Source: Sporopachydermia quercuum
Lineage: Eukaryota
Assembly (NCBI GenBank): GCA_001599295.1
Contig: BCGN01000002.1
Location: 62,001 to 126,000 of the forward strand
Length of the DNA: 64,000 nucleotides
Reading direction: 5' to 3'
Shown here: positions 45,428-57,223 of the stretch, piece by piece
Layout of the letters: the number at the start of each line of letters is the position of its first letter
Position numbering within the stretch: position 1 is the first letter of the stretch
Position numbers and translations under genes: made by a program
The notes under the pieces: model-generated
The model's database searches: none
The model's input: only the letters and a program-made list of their open reading frames with translations
Told to the model about the DNA's origin: nothing

Positions 45428-48010
45428 CTACTTCAAAAACCTATCAGCAGCATTTAAAAGCCTCGATCCAATGATGTTAACCTGGTTTTGAACCTCTGAC
45501 CAATCCTCAGCATCAATTGCATCTCGCGCACTAGGGAACACGCACCATGCAAACGATAAATCCTCAGGTGGCATTCTTGAAGGTCCATAGACCATATTTT
45601 TAAACCATGAACGACCAGGAATTCCGCCTTCAAATACAAGCGATTTACCAAAATCAAGCATACGTTCATTCCATGCATCTCTATGCATTGTTAATAGTCC
45701 CGGCTCATTACCATTGTTATTCTCAACGATCTCCCACCAAGCGTTTGACCATAATTCAAGTTGTCGACCTGCTTCGTTCACTGCTTGGATTCCGACCATC
45801 AAACTGCGATAAGAAACCTTTTCGGCCAAGAAGCTTTGCTTAGTCTTGGCATACTCGTTCAGATCATCCACTTTCTTAGTCAAATCGTTAGCAAATGATA
45901 CCAAGTTATACTCAATTAAAGGCCGTGAGATCAATCGCACCGCTAATAGTGAAATAAACTCAACCATAGTTCTATGTTTGCTGAAATCTGCATCTCCATG
46001 CTTATGGAACCAATCCATGTTATCATAGCAACTGCCACGAGGGTAAACGTCTCCTTCAAAGGCAAACTGCATAGATGGAACCCCAGCGTAATACTGTATG
46101 GGAATATAATTGCCATTCATTTCTAAAGGTTGGAAGCTTTTACCTCCATATAGTTTATCCAGTGATTCCATGTTCCCACTGTTACTTGGTGATCGCACCT
46201 CCACGGCCATCATTACTTCTTTAATGACCTCCTCGAACAAAGGATCAGTCCGTACTGTGAACCGGTCACCTGTTATAACAGCATCGATATCAATATATGC
46301 AAATCCTTCCCTCTTCAAGTCCTGCACTTTAGCCTCTGACCATTCTGTCGAACCTGCATAATTGTAATTAGTTGCATCCCATGATATAAAATATACTGAT
46401 CTTAGAGGTCTCCAATGAAGACCTTTTCTCATAGCCATAAGGACGCGGGCGATTTCTAATAAAATAGCTGTACCAGAACCTGATTCCATAGTGCCCGTGC
46501 AGAAGGAGTCCCGTTTGGCCCCTATGATTAATGCTGTACCTGATTGCTCTTTGCCAGATATTTTCCCTAGCACATTCCATAGAACATGATAATCCTTGTC
46601 TACCGGATCATTCACTAAATGTATTTTGGGTTGTTTATCGTGGACAGCACCAGTCCACCATTCCTTAATATCAACACCAGGGATATCAATCAGCCAGTCT
46701 TTATATTTCAGCTTTTGCCCTTGCCCAGTAAGCGTATTAAATATATATGCAGCATCTTTCCAAGAAATAGGCACACTGGGTATTTTATTGGTAGCTCCAC
46801 TTTCAGCAAAGCCTATTTTCTTCTTTGTACTTGAACTTGGCCAGCCAGGAGTTAAAACATCACCAGGTGATATTTCCGTTAGGCCAACAGATTGTCTTTC
46901 AATCATATCTAGTTCTTCTGGTTCAACCATTCTGTCCGGTAGCTCATTGTCTCTAACAAATAACACACCAGCACAGCCATTTAGCTGCGCCAATTGAACT
47001 TTGGTACCAGCAGANATTTTCCCATACCGAATCAAAGCAATTGAGCCTTTTAAATCAACACCCCAATCCTTTAATTGCTGGAAATCTTTCAGTCTTCCGT
47101 AGTTCACGTATATCACATGACCTTCTATATCACCAGAAGCCGATACAGGATTAAAAGCAAACCATTCCATATGTTGTTCGTCAGCTATATCGGATTCGGT
47201 TAAATTCGCATTATATCCTGATTTAGAGTCATGCGCCACACTTACTGTGGCTAAAGCAGGATAGTCCAGAAACGAATTCAACTCATGAAAATCAGTTGGT
47301 TGTATGCCATAGTTAATCCATTCACTAAGCATATATTTAGCTATTGTCACATCACCAACAGTACCAGCAATATGTGGAACAGACGACACATACTCCAAAT
47401 TGCTCTTAATGTTATTTGTATCAATTGTTGTTTTAATAAAATCATGCAAAATATTCATATCATCAAAATATCCTTGTCCTGTTAACTGGTTCCTATCTAC
47501 AGATATGGCTCCAGTAGTGACTACTGTCAACAAGACAACAGCAATAAAACCTACAAATATAAAGCGGCGAACAATTAATGGATTCCCCACTCTAGAAATA
47601 TAGGCATCTATCTTTATGGACGTTTGGTCCCATAGTTGAGCCACAGGATCTAAGAATCTTTGAACTGGTGAGACTACTTTTGAGTTGAAGCCTCTGGCAG
47701 CACGTGACGCACCTGATGATAAGACTGTGTAGACACTTCTATGAGAGTTCGAGGAAGAAGTCGAATCCGGTTCTAAAATTTGGTCAAATTCTTGAATTTC
47801 TCGTTGTAGAGATTCTATTGATGCTCGAGAATTGTGTGTAGAAGTAGCCCTTGTCGGTGAAGAAGGCAACAGATTCGTTGTTGATTGATCAGCTGAGGTA
47901 CTATCGAGAGAGTTGATGCTGTCTATGTCATCGTCGGAGTCAATTACCGAGAAATAAGCTGGCGGTTCCGACGGCGGAGTTACCGGAGGATCACTGTTCT
48001 GTTCTGCCAT
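45428..48010 (-). CDS. TRE1: Transferrin-receptor-like Tre1/Tre2 protein (PA, inactive M28 and TfR dimer domains)
   Basis: N-terminal PPAY motif, single TM, YVNYG, SPGDVLTPGW, IPSVPISW; M28 metal-ligand positions are substituted (IIGAKRD, WDATNY), as expected for Tre rather than Vps70; syntenic with SPT14. Confidence 0.85.
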   Translation of the reverse strand: MAEQNSDPPVTPPSEPPAYFSVIDSDDDIDSINSLDSTSADQSTTNLLPSSPTRATSTHNSRASIESLQREIQEFDQILEPDSTSSSNSHRSVYTVLSSGASRAARGFNSKVVSPVQRFLDPVAQLWDQTSIKIDAYISRVGNPLIVRRFIFVGFIAVVLLTVVTTGAISVDRNQLTGQGYFDDMNILHDFIKTTIDTNNIKSNLEYVSSVPHIAGTVGDVTIAKYMLSEWINYGIQPTDFHELNSFLDYPALATVSVAHDSKSGYNANLTESDIADEQHMEWFAFNPVSASGDIEGHVIYVNYGRLKDFQQLKDWGVDLKGSIALIRYGKXSAGTKVQLAQLNGCAGVLFVRDNELPDRMVEPEELDMIERQSVGLTEISPGDVLTPGWPSSSTKKKIGFAESGATNKIPSVPISWKDAAYIFNTLTGQGQKLKYKDWLIDIPGVDIKEWWTGAVHDKQPKIHLVNDPVDKDYHVLWNVLGKISGKEQSGTALIIGAKRDSFCTGTMESGSGTAILLEIARVLMAMRKGLHWRPLRSVYFISWDATNYNYAGSTEWSEAKVQDLKREGFAYIDIDAVITGDRFTVRTDPLFEEVIKEVMMAVEVRSPSNSGNMESLDKLYGGKSFQPLEMNGNYIPIQYYAGVPSMQFAFEGDVYPRGSCYDNMDWFHKHGDADFSKHRTMVEFISLLAVRLISRPLIEYNLVSFANDLTKKVDDLNEYAKTKQSFLAEKVSYRSLMVGIQAVNEAGRQLELWSNAWWEIVENNNGNEPGLLTMHRDAWNERMLDFGKSLVFEGGIPGRSWFKNMVYGPSRMPPEDLSFAWCVFPSARDAIDAEDWSEVQNQVNIIGSRLLNAADRFLK

Positions 48011-49192
48011 TTCAGAGTGTTTGTGGGTATTTAAAATGTTTAGCGAATCGGTTTTTACTGCATGGGAGAATAGTATGGCAAGATTGGCTTCTTTGTGACA
48101 AAGCTTGTGTTTTGCCTTCTAAGCAAATGGGGAGAAATTCCAGCAATAGCAAAACCAATAAGAGAAACGTCCCGTGTGAGTGCAAATCATCGACTATTCT
48201 GTGTCAGGACCTTTTGACTAACCAAATGGCCTTTGATTATGTTTTCCTTTGATGTTGTAGTCATGGGTAGTTAGGCTTACAAATGTGTTCGAAGGAGAAG
48301 GAAAGATAATTTAGAAAGGGGGTAGTTCCTGAGACGATAGATTATAAACGATTATGTGATATTTGATAGGACTAGCTGTCAGGAGAGGGAAGGAGAAGGA
48401 GGTGACGGGTACGAGAGATATGAGGCATAGAGTGGATGAAATGAAGAAGAAGGTAACAAAAAGGTGGAGTGGTTGAGTNCTTTGTATGGATTAAAAGGAG
48501 GAAATGTGAAGTTTCCTGGTTTTTAGGTGGACATAGTACGTGAAATGAGGGTGAGTAACTTCACGTCTCATCAGAATAAGTGTTCAAACTTAAGCCTGTA
48601 AGTTCATGCATGTTTATGTAATAGATCATTGAGAAGATATTACCTTATATGACTATTACGTTGGATTATAAAGCAGTATAATTAAGTTTTCCGTTCAAAT
48701 ACTAAATAAAGTTAAATTAATATGCATCACTTTTTAGCTACACTCGTATACTCAAATTGTGCAGTTCNTACTTACCTGATCTATCATCCTCTCTCCATGT
48801 AAATATGATGCACTGATGTGCATCATTATGCAATAACATGCAGTATCAATGCAACATTCTGCAACATCAATGAACTCACAAATGTCAGAAACGACTTCTG
48901 CCAATTCGGTCTTTCGCTTGGTTGTTACTTTTTATCAGACCAAATAATTGAGTTCTCACGCTATAAAACAATTTTGGAATCTTTGAAAGCGTAAATTAAC
49001 GATATTATTACTGATTACACCACTGGATTACCCATTTTTTGCATCAAGTAACATTAAGAAGATCTTACAAGACTTCTTCTCCGTTATCAATCTCCCTAGC
49101 ATTTGCTCCAAGCGCAAACATGCGCATGCATTTATTCATCGTCGCATAAGACCCAGCTAAATCATGTATCAACTATCAGCTACTATATCAAA

Positions 49193-50770
49193 ATGCCTTA
49201 TAATATAGCGTATGTTATTTGCATTTGTTAGGAATATAAGTGTTTTCTAATTATCTTGTGNAATACTCATTCTAACTATTTATTCATAGGATGGTATCTG
49301 ATTTTTTCTACCCTCAGCCTGGAGGAGTAGAACTTCATGTATATCAACTTTCACAAGTACGTTTATTATCTATATTTGTCTATTAATTTCATCTAGTTCA
49401 CGCGGCAAGTACTAAATCACCAGGAAACTGAACTATCTCTGCCAGCTATTACCTACCACTTCTACTCTACTAATCAATTGACCTAGAAACTAATTGACCT
49501 CGGTCATTCTGTAATAATCATCACACACGCATACAGCGATAGAACAGGTGTTAGAATGCTAACTAATGGACTGAAGGTGTATTATGTTCCTTTTCTTGTT
49601 CTCTACCGTGAATCTACCTTTCCAACGGTGTTCTCCGCTTTCCCCATACTACGACAAATCTTTATCCGCGAAGCCATTGATATAGTCCACGGCCATGGAA
49701 GTTTGAGCAGCTTATGCCATGAAGCAATTCTTCACGCCCGAACAATGGGACTTCGCACTGTTTTCACTGATCATTCGTTATTCGGTTTCAACGACGCAGG
49801 CAGCATAGTAACAAATAAACTGATGAAGTTTACTTTGAGTGATATTGGTCACGTGATCTGCGTCTCTCATACATGTAAAGAGAACACCGTTCTGAGGGCC
49901 TCTCTAGACCCTCTGATGGTCTCTGTGATCCCCAATGCAGTTGTGTCTTCAGACTTTACTCCCGATCCGTCACGTGCCAACGACAAAATCACCATTGTAG
50001 TTATTTCTCGGTTATATCCGAACAAAGGGGCTGATTTACTCACTGCTATTATACCGAGAATATGCGCGGCTCATTCTTCGGTTCAATTTCTTATTGCTGG
50101 CGATGGACCTCGGTTTATTAATCTCGAGCAAATGAGAGAAAGACACAGGCTTCAGGACAGAGTGAAGCTTATAGGTAGCATTAGACATGAAGAAGTACGT
50201 GATGTTATGACTAAAGGGCATATATATCTTCATCCTACATTGACTGAAGCATTTGGGACGGTTTTGTGTGAAGCAGCTTCCTGCGGGCTCCTGGTGGTTA
50301 CTACAGCCGTTGGAGGTATCCCCGAGGTGCTTCCTTCCCATATGACAGTATTTACTACACCATCCGAGGATTCTTTAGTTGATAGCACGCTGAAAGCCAT
50401 TAAAATGATTGAAAACAAGGAAGTTGATACTTCTGTTTTCCATGACGAGGTCCGCGTGATGTACAACTGGCGGAATGTTGCCGAGCGAACNGAAATGGTG
50501 TATGATTCCATTCAGCAGAGCAGCGAAGAGGTGCCGTTGCTGGAGAGGCTTAGCAAGTACTACGGGTGTGGCGCATGGGCTGGGAAGTTATTTGTGCTAT
50601 GCGTTGTGGCTGACATACTTTTGTATTATTTTATGGAATGGTTCTGGCCTCGGGAGAGCATTGATCATGTCCGGAAGTGGCCTAGTCAGAGCCGAAGCCG
50701 AAAAACCGGCAGGATCGGACGGAGAGGACGGGAAAGAGGAAAGGAGAGTCTGGGAGCGAATCAGAGTTGA
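49193..50770 (+). CDS. SPT14: GPI-GlcNAc transferase catalytic subunit Spt14/Gpi3 (PIG-A), about 455 aa; exons 49193-49209, 49290-49356, 49487-50770
   Basis: Spliced [60 protein letters not shown]; both introns are GT-AG with branch motifs. Confidence 0.96.
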
Positions 50771-51147
50771 TTATAGAGCTTGGAGGGGCTAGTGGAGGGA
50801 AACAACGGCAGGAAAATAGGTAATATGAAGCATTGGGAGTCAATTGAAGGTTTAAAAGTTGGAATTGTGTTCAGCAAACTATTTTCGCGTTTTAGAATCA
50901 ACCTGTAGTTGACCTCTCTAAAGGAATAATAACTACTCTTTCTCACAGCCTCAATTAGGAAATACTACAATTGCTAACCTTATAATGCGAGAATTTTGTT
51001 TATAAACTCAGCGTTAAAGCTTTATATTAACTACTGAGCCACAATCTACCTATTTCCGTTCCTTCCAGGCCTAATTGGGCCCTACCCGTAAACTCTATTA
51101 CTTACATGCCCACTTCACATGCGCCGCATGTGTGATGCCACAACTAT

Positions 51148-54100
51148 CTAAACAAGTAACTTCCCTTTCAAAGTTAAAAACTCCTGTTTCCACTTCAAGC
51201 TTTTGTACCCGTATGAATCCTGCTTTTTCACCCATTTAGGTAACCCATTCTTCAGCCGCGGCTCAATCGGCACTATTTCCGACTGAGCCACAAGCCTGCG
51301 GAGCTCACTAGCCTTCTCATCTACCATTTTAGGCAATAATTCCCAATGTGGCCTACTAATCTCAACCGGCTTTAGCCGCTCCAGCTCTAAATCAACCCTA
51401 TTTCTATCTCCGTTTCCTTCCCCTTTACCTAAATAGGCAACTGCCCGTCTCAAGCTGGTAATCTCGCTTATTAACGCCGCTTTACTAGTAAATATATGCC
51501 TCCGAGCCTCCGAACTCAGCGTGTCCATCATCATCCCTCCAAACAGCTGTTTCTCCTCTTTAAGCCCGTCCAATTCCTTTTCTTTCTCTTTCATCATTTC
51601 TTTCATACTCTCCAATTCCTTCTCTACAGCTTCTTTATTTCTCACAGTCTCCTCATGCTGTTTCCTTAGCAATCGCAGTTTATTGCTTTCTTCTTCCGAC
51701 CGTTGCGTTTTCTGNTGCAGAATTAACACTTTGAGGTTCAATTCTTCAATTTCAGAGTCCTTGTTGCGTATTGTAGACACCATGGCTATCATTTCTTCTT
51801 TTATCAGGGATATTTGCTGTAGATGCTGTTGTGATTGGGTCAGAGTGTTTTGAATTGACAGAAGCTGGGAAGAATAGAAAGGAGGTAACTGCGGTAGGTC
51901 AGTAGAAGGAGAAGAATCAGGGGAATGAGACATAGTGTTGATAGTAGTATTAGTATTATTGACATTATGAATATATGGCTGCTGATATAGTAGCTGCAGA
52001 GTTGATTGTAATGAGGAAATAACAGCAGCAAGCTGGTTTACCTGTTTAGCCTGTTTATTCTGCTTATTGCTACTGCTGTTACTGCTACTATTGTTGCTAT
52101 TATCATCTCCTTTCTCATTATCATCGTCATTTTCTATGCTTTTATTCAATAATTCCATTCTTTCCGCTTCTAGTAAAAACCTGTGAATAGGAAACTCAGG
52201 CACGGGATCTGGCGATTCATTAAAGCTCAAATTCACGCATTTCCATACTTTCAGACATTTCTCTGTATACTTTATAATATTGATTGGTGGATCAGTCAAT
52301 TTGCTGGTGCTGCTGAGCCTGTTGTTGATGGATTGAAGTAAAAGCGTAGTTATGTTACTTGATGCATCAATACAATTGTCGATTATTGAGCTGATCGAGC
52401 AGATTGAGCTGGGGGCATGGTGTGGATTCTCGGTATTAGTCTTTCCCTTTGTCATTGCTGGTAGAAGCTTTCGTAAAGATGAATAGAAAACTGATGATAA
52501 TTCGCATGATAAAACTGACAATTCACTAAAATAAATCCGTTTTATGTCTTTGCTTGAAAAAGGAATAGAAATGCCACCGTTTATGCTATTCTTGTTAGCT
52601 TTGTCGTCATTAGGAAAAGTACTAGCATAACTGCCGGAATCTGCTGCTAATTCCTTACTTCTTCCCATTCCATTGATAATAACAGGCGGGTCAATTCTAA
52701 CAATCCTCGAGTATAAATTATTCAATTCTTCAAACAATTGATTGACTCTGGTGGTTTGGCTTCTATCAAATTCATTTGATTCAAACGTTTTAATCAAGTG
52801 ATCAAACTTTTCGTCCAATTCACCGAAGGGCTTATCTTTCTTACTATTGCCGTTGCTATTGGCACCTATTTCTAACTCATCTATCATCTTATCACCAGAA
52901 TATTCAACATATCTTCTAATAAATAGCAAAACATGTTTCAATGCTTGGTTTATTCCGTTGAATAATAAGCTCATAGCATCATCATTCTGCAGAAAATAGT
53001 GTATACATATCGAAAATGTACTGCATTTATTAATAGTAGAATCCAGTTGCAGGAGAGCATGAAAAGCAGTAGAATTGATTATAGAGCTTAAGGGGGAATT
53101 GCCCGTAATAGCTAATAAGAGCTGAGTTTGCTTATTCAGCAATTCGACTTTTGACGTTAGCTTTTGGTTTTTAAACCAAAGTTTTTTTTCATTAGTTTTT
53201 ATTATATTTAATTCATCTTGCAGCGATTCAATAGAAGGAGATGCGGAAGAGTGAGAGTTAAAAGGAGAACTAAAAGGCAAATTGTTGATGGAATCATTGA
53301 CATTTGTTGACAGGGCTTCTTTGGTTTCCCTACTGGAGGTCTCAGGTGGTAGATTATTAGTGTTCGTTTTGGTGCTATTGCTGCTGCTGTTACTATTGTT
53401 TTCATTTGATCCTATTTCTTTTTCTGAAGAGAAATCCTCTAACTCCACAACTCTCTTATGCAGCTTTTCAACCACAGCTTCTAAATATTCATTTGTCTCT
53501 TGAAGCTCTGCAATACTCTCATAGCTTTCCTTCAACTGTTCTTTCAATTGGATAATCTCCTGTCTCAGTTCATCCTGAATAGAATCCCAATTACGTTCCA
53601 GTTCATCGTTTAAAGATTTCAGAGTTTCCAGTTCTTCTACTGTTCTCTCCAGCTGGTCACATTTGTCCTGAAGCTGCAAATTATCATTGGATAGAGATTC
53701 AATCATTGCTAGTGAATCGGACATGCTTTCTAACTGGGATGAAAGCATTGCAACTTTTTCCTTGGATATTTCCAGCTGAGATTCAGTTTCCAACAACTTT
53801 GCATGCTCAGCTAAATACACCTGCTGTTCAACTGACAATTCAGAGAGCTGCTGTTGCAGTTGAGCAGTTCTAGCATCAGATTGATCACGGAGTTGAACTA
53901 ACGCTGCTTCGACCAGTGAATTTCTTTGTTTCAGCACCTCAATCTTATCCTCATCAGATAACGAGTTTTCCAGCGGCGTGTCAGCCAATTCTCTGCTTAT
54001 ATCTAGCTGTTCCCGTAGTAATTTCAGCTCTTGCAGTGCATTACTATGGTCTTCCTTCAGAGTTTCTAGCTGTTGGCTCAAATGATCTTTCAGCTCTTCA

Positions 54101-54594
54101 GCCATTTCTTTATCAATAGTAGCCAGCTCAAGCAGTTCTTCCGTGTTTGATAGTTTAGCCTTTTGGTCTTCCAATTGTTTGCTGCTGGAATCCAACTGAG
54201 TGGTCACGGATTCTAGCTTGCTATGAAGATTGTTTAGTTTCACTTGCAATTTGTCAATGATTCTTTTCAGTCTTTCGGGATCATCAGCACGTTTAATGTC
54301 TGGTTTATTGGTATAACTGCTACTAGTATTTGGTCCACTGATTTCTTGTTCTGCTGATGACGCTGAGAGTGTGGATGCTAGGATTCTCTCGACAGCTTCA
54401 ACCCTTAGAAACAAGCCATGGTTGGCTTGAGAATGGAAATAATGAATACCATCAACCGCACCATCATTTTTACCAATTGGCGTTTCCAATTCAAGACCAA
54501 TCCATTCTCCTGGAGCAAAAGCAGTTGAGCCAATGTATTTGATCACTGCTTTGGTGTCTTTATAAGGTATGAATTGGCCTAAGCTAAGAGACAT
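51148..54594 (-). CDS. NIP100: Dynactin p150Glued subunit Nip100
   Basis: CAP-Gly domain (GEWIGLELETPIGKNDGAVDG..YF), ELATIDKEMAEE, long coiled coils; syntenic with SPT14 and MRPL40. Confidence 0.92.
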   Translation of the reverse strand: MSLSLGQFIPYKDTKAVIKYIGSTAFAPGEWIGLELETPIGKNDGAVDGIHYFHSQANHGLFLRVEAVERILASTLSASSAEQEISGPNTSSSYTNKPDIKRADDPERLKRIIDKLQVKLNNLHSKLESVTTQLDSSSKQLEDQKAKLSNTEELLELATIDKEMAEELKDHLSQQLETLKEDHSNALQELKLLREQLDISRELADTPLENSLSDEDKIEVLKQRNSLVEAALVQLRDQSDARTAQLQQQLSELSVEQQVYLAEHAKLLETESQLEISKEKVAMLSSQLESMSDSLAMIESLSNDNLQLQDKCDQLERTVEELETLKSLNDELERNWDSIQDELRQEIIQLKEQLKESYESIAELQETNEYLEAVVEKLHKRVVELEDFSSEKEIGSNENNSNSSSNSTKTNTNNLPPETSSRETKEALSTNVNDSINNLPFSSPFNSHSSASPSIESLQDELNIIKTNEKKLWFKNQKLTSKVELLNKQTQLLLAITGNSPLSSIINSTAFHALLQLDSTINKCSTFSICIHYFLQNDDAMSLLFNGINQALKHVLLFIRRYVEYSGDKMIDELEIGANSNGNSKKDKPFGELDEKFDHLIKTFESNEFDRSQTTRVNQLFEELNNLYSRIVRIDPPVIINGMGRSKELAADSGSYASTFPNDDKANKNSINGGISIPFSSKDIKRIYFSELSVLSCELSSVFYSSLRKLLPAMTKGKTNTENPHHAPSSICSISSIIDNCIDASSNITTLLLQSINNRLSSTSKLTDPPINIIKYTEKCLKVWKCVNLSFNESPDPVPEFPIHRFLLEAERMELLNKSIENDDDNEKGDDNSNNSSSNSSSNKQNKQAKQVNQLAAVISSLQSTLQLLYQQPYIHNVNNTNTTINTMSHSPDSSPSTDLPQLPPFYSSQLLSIQNTLTQSQQHLQQISLIKEEMIAMVSTIRNKDSEIEELNLKVLILXQKTQRSEEESNKLRLLRKQHEETVRNKEAVEKELESMKEMMKEKEKELDGLKEEKQLFGGMMMDTLSSEARRHIFTSKAALISEITSLRRAVAYLGKGEGNGDRNRVDLELERLKPVEISRPHWELLPKMVDEKASELRRLVAQSEIVPIEPRLKNGLPKWVKKQDSYGYKSLKWKQEFLTLKGKLLV

Positions 54595-55522
54595 TTTGGA
54601 GAGTTAGAAGCTGTTACTCCCGTTGATGTTTGAGCATAGNTAGTTAATACTTGGAATTATGAAGGCAATTGAGTATAAAATGTTCGATAATTATTTAAAT
54701 TAGGAAGAATTGGGATATCTGCTGAATAGCCAGCTGGTTGTAGTAGTAATCATGTGCCAGATGCAACTGGAAAGGATCAGAGTTCATTGGCAGTTATTTG
54801 AAAAGACCCAACTAGTGAATCAAACGTCGGACAGTGAACTTGAAGCACGAGTTTGATGATTGAGATAAATAGCTCGCTTTACTTTACAAGAGAAACGGTT
54901 GTTTTACTGATGTTTTAGTGGGAATAACTGATGTTATTGTTTCGATAGAGAGACCNTGTTGAACAAAGCCGAGATGATATTGGATATCGGATACCATAAT
55001 AGAAAACGGAAACTATATAAATAAATTCACTAGGGGTAATACACGAGACTTAGCATATCAAGTTGATTGAGNCATTTGGATTTTGGAGTGAGGAACCGTA
55101 GGAAGTTATCATAAATTAGNAATAAGTGAGATTAGACTGGGGAGCACTGTTTAGGGATATTATTAAAAATATATTACAGTATTAATGCTGTTTCGGCATA
55201 TGATAGAGACAGTTGACTTGTGGGTATTAGATGATGACATAATCTGATTTCAGTATCAACCATCTGGTCTGAGAAGATATGCCTATGACAGTAACAGAAA
55301 AGCAGGCAAAGTAGGAGAAGATTTCTTTTTGTGTTTGTGTCTGTTTTATAATTAAATAAAAAAAATGCAGTTCTCACACTCACATCCTGCAGTCGCTTTC
55401 ACTCATATTCTCTCACCTCCTCATCTCCTCATCTTCATTATAGTATCACATAATCAGAAACACATTCTCTCTCAACATCATCCTGAATTTCAAGTCTCAT
55501 CTCAGTTATTCATACATTTCTA

Positions 55523-55528
55523 ACGCGT
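55523..55528. promoter_or_regulatory. MCB element ACGCGT in the divergent NIP100/CDC31 promoter
   Basis: Exact MCB core about 440 nt upstream of the CDC31 ATG; function inferred. Confidence 0.3.
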
Positions 55529-55960
55529 CTTATCTTAGTTCGTGTAGCGAGAATTGATTGTGTTCTCCATTCACTCNTCTGCTATTATGTGATATTTTCT
55601 TATGGATTCCTGCCAAATAATGCAATTTTATATGTAATACTAGGAAGTTGTCATAAGCTGCTTGAAGAGAAAAAAGTGTATTGGATTCTATAATTCTGTT
55701 TACAACTGAGAGGCACCGTAACAGTAGTAGTAGTTCATCGTTGTAGCTCAATTGACCGAGAGATAGACAGACTTGGATACTTAATGAGGTTCATCATCAG
55801 CAGTGTTTATGACAGAAAATTGAGCTCATATTGAGGTTTTGCAAAGAGACAAGGAGTTTTTGTAATATAGGAAGATTGTTTGTATTATAAACACGTTAAT
55901 GTATTACAACAACTAGGAATTCTGATATTATTTGTTCTATATACATCTACTTCATCTACC

Positions 55961-57223
55961 ATGTTTTCCGGATCAGCAGGACTAGGAGACAGTGGGAAAC
56001 TGGCTTCCGGTGCAACTAGAAGAAGACCGTTTCAAACAACAACTCAACCAAGTGTGGGAAGCTCATATGGAACTAGACATGTGACCGAATTAACTGAAGA
56101 AAACAAACAAGAAATACGCGAAGCTGTAAGTATATGACAGGAATACAATAATGCACAGTGGGATATGAAAGTGGGCTATATGCTGATGACTATGCTAATA
56201 TAAAATGTCAGCTATGAGAGAACTAACAAAGCATATTTATTCTTATAAGTTTAGTTTGTTTGATATGGATAGTGATGGATTCTTAGATTATCATGAGTTT
56301 AAGGTACGTTTTTTTTGTTTTCTATAATTGGTTTCGTGATACTTGTTTTTAGTTGTCTGAAAGGGTTTCTGGAACTTGAAGTTTAAGCGATATTTTACTA
56401 TTTCATTTATTGCGGTATTTTCTTTTGAAATAAAAACCCATGTTGGTAAACAAGAAATTGTCTGACGTTCTATGCTACTTTTCGGTCAAATATATGATAA
56501 ACAACGAGACCGGGCACCAATTTCCCTCTTTGTTGTAGAATTGTGTACTAATACGCATTTTATACAGGTTGCTATGAGGGCATTAGGCTTTGATGCAACG
56601 AAATCTGAAGTGTTCCAACTACTAAAGGATTATGGAGTATCAAAGCAGGAGAAACTGTTTATAGGTTCTGATGAGTTTTTCCGAATAAGTAGGTAGATGC
56701 ATAGTGTGGTATTTTACTTGATACTCAGTACTTCTTGGAATACTAACGGACGATAACAGTGGGAGAAAAAGTATTGGCTAGGGATCCAATAGAGGAGATC
56801 AGAAGAGCATTTAAATTATTTGATGATGATAATACAGGAAAAATAAGGTACGTTTTTGTTAGCAAGAAAGATTGCAATAGCTCAAAAAGCTATAGTATAC
56901 TATTCAAACGATGTGCTATTAAAGACTATTGAAGTCATATTAAAATGCCATCGAATATTGAGCCCTACCACTTTGTATTGTGCTGATTCTAACAACTGCC
57001 ACTAATTAGCTTGAGGAATCTAAGACGAGTTGCTAAAGAACTAGGAGAGAATCTAGACGATGAAGAGTTAAGAGCAATGATTGATGAATTTGATTTAGAT
57101 GAAGATGGAGAAAGTAAGTCTGTTTGCTGATTAATACAGGTTGCAATTATTGATAAATGAGAAATACTAACTGTATTCATAGTCAGTGAAAAGGAGTTTA
57201 TTGCTATTTGTATGAACAGTTAA
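55961..57223 (+). CDS. CDC31: Centrin Cdc31 (190 aa), six exons: 55961-56125, 56250-56303, 56568-56688, 56760-56847, 57010-57113, 57183-57223
   Basis: Spliced protein [39 protein letters not shown]...|[77 protein letters not shown]; exon phases sum to 573 nt. Confidence 0.95.

Noticed and set aside
46340..46540. Missing catalytic residues in the M28 domain of the Tre protein
   Set aside because: Expected for the Tre1/Tre2 subfamily; not a pseudogene.
48768..48800. nTACTTACCTG resembling the U1 snRNA 5' end
   Set aside because: No recognisable U1 stem-loops or Sm site follow; the similar ATACTTACCC at about 14877 also lacks them.
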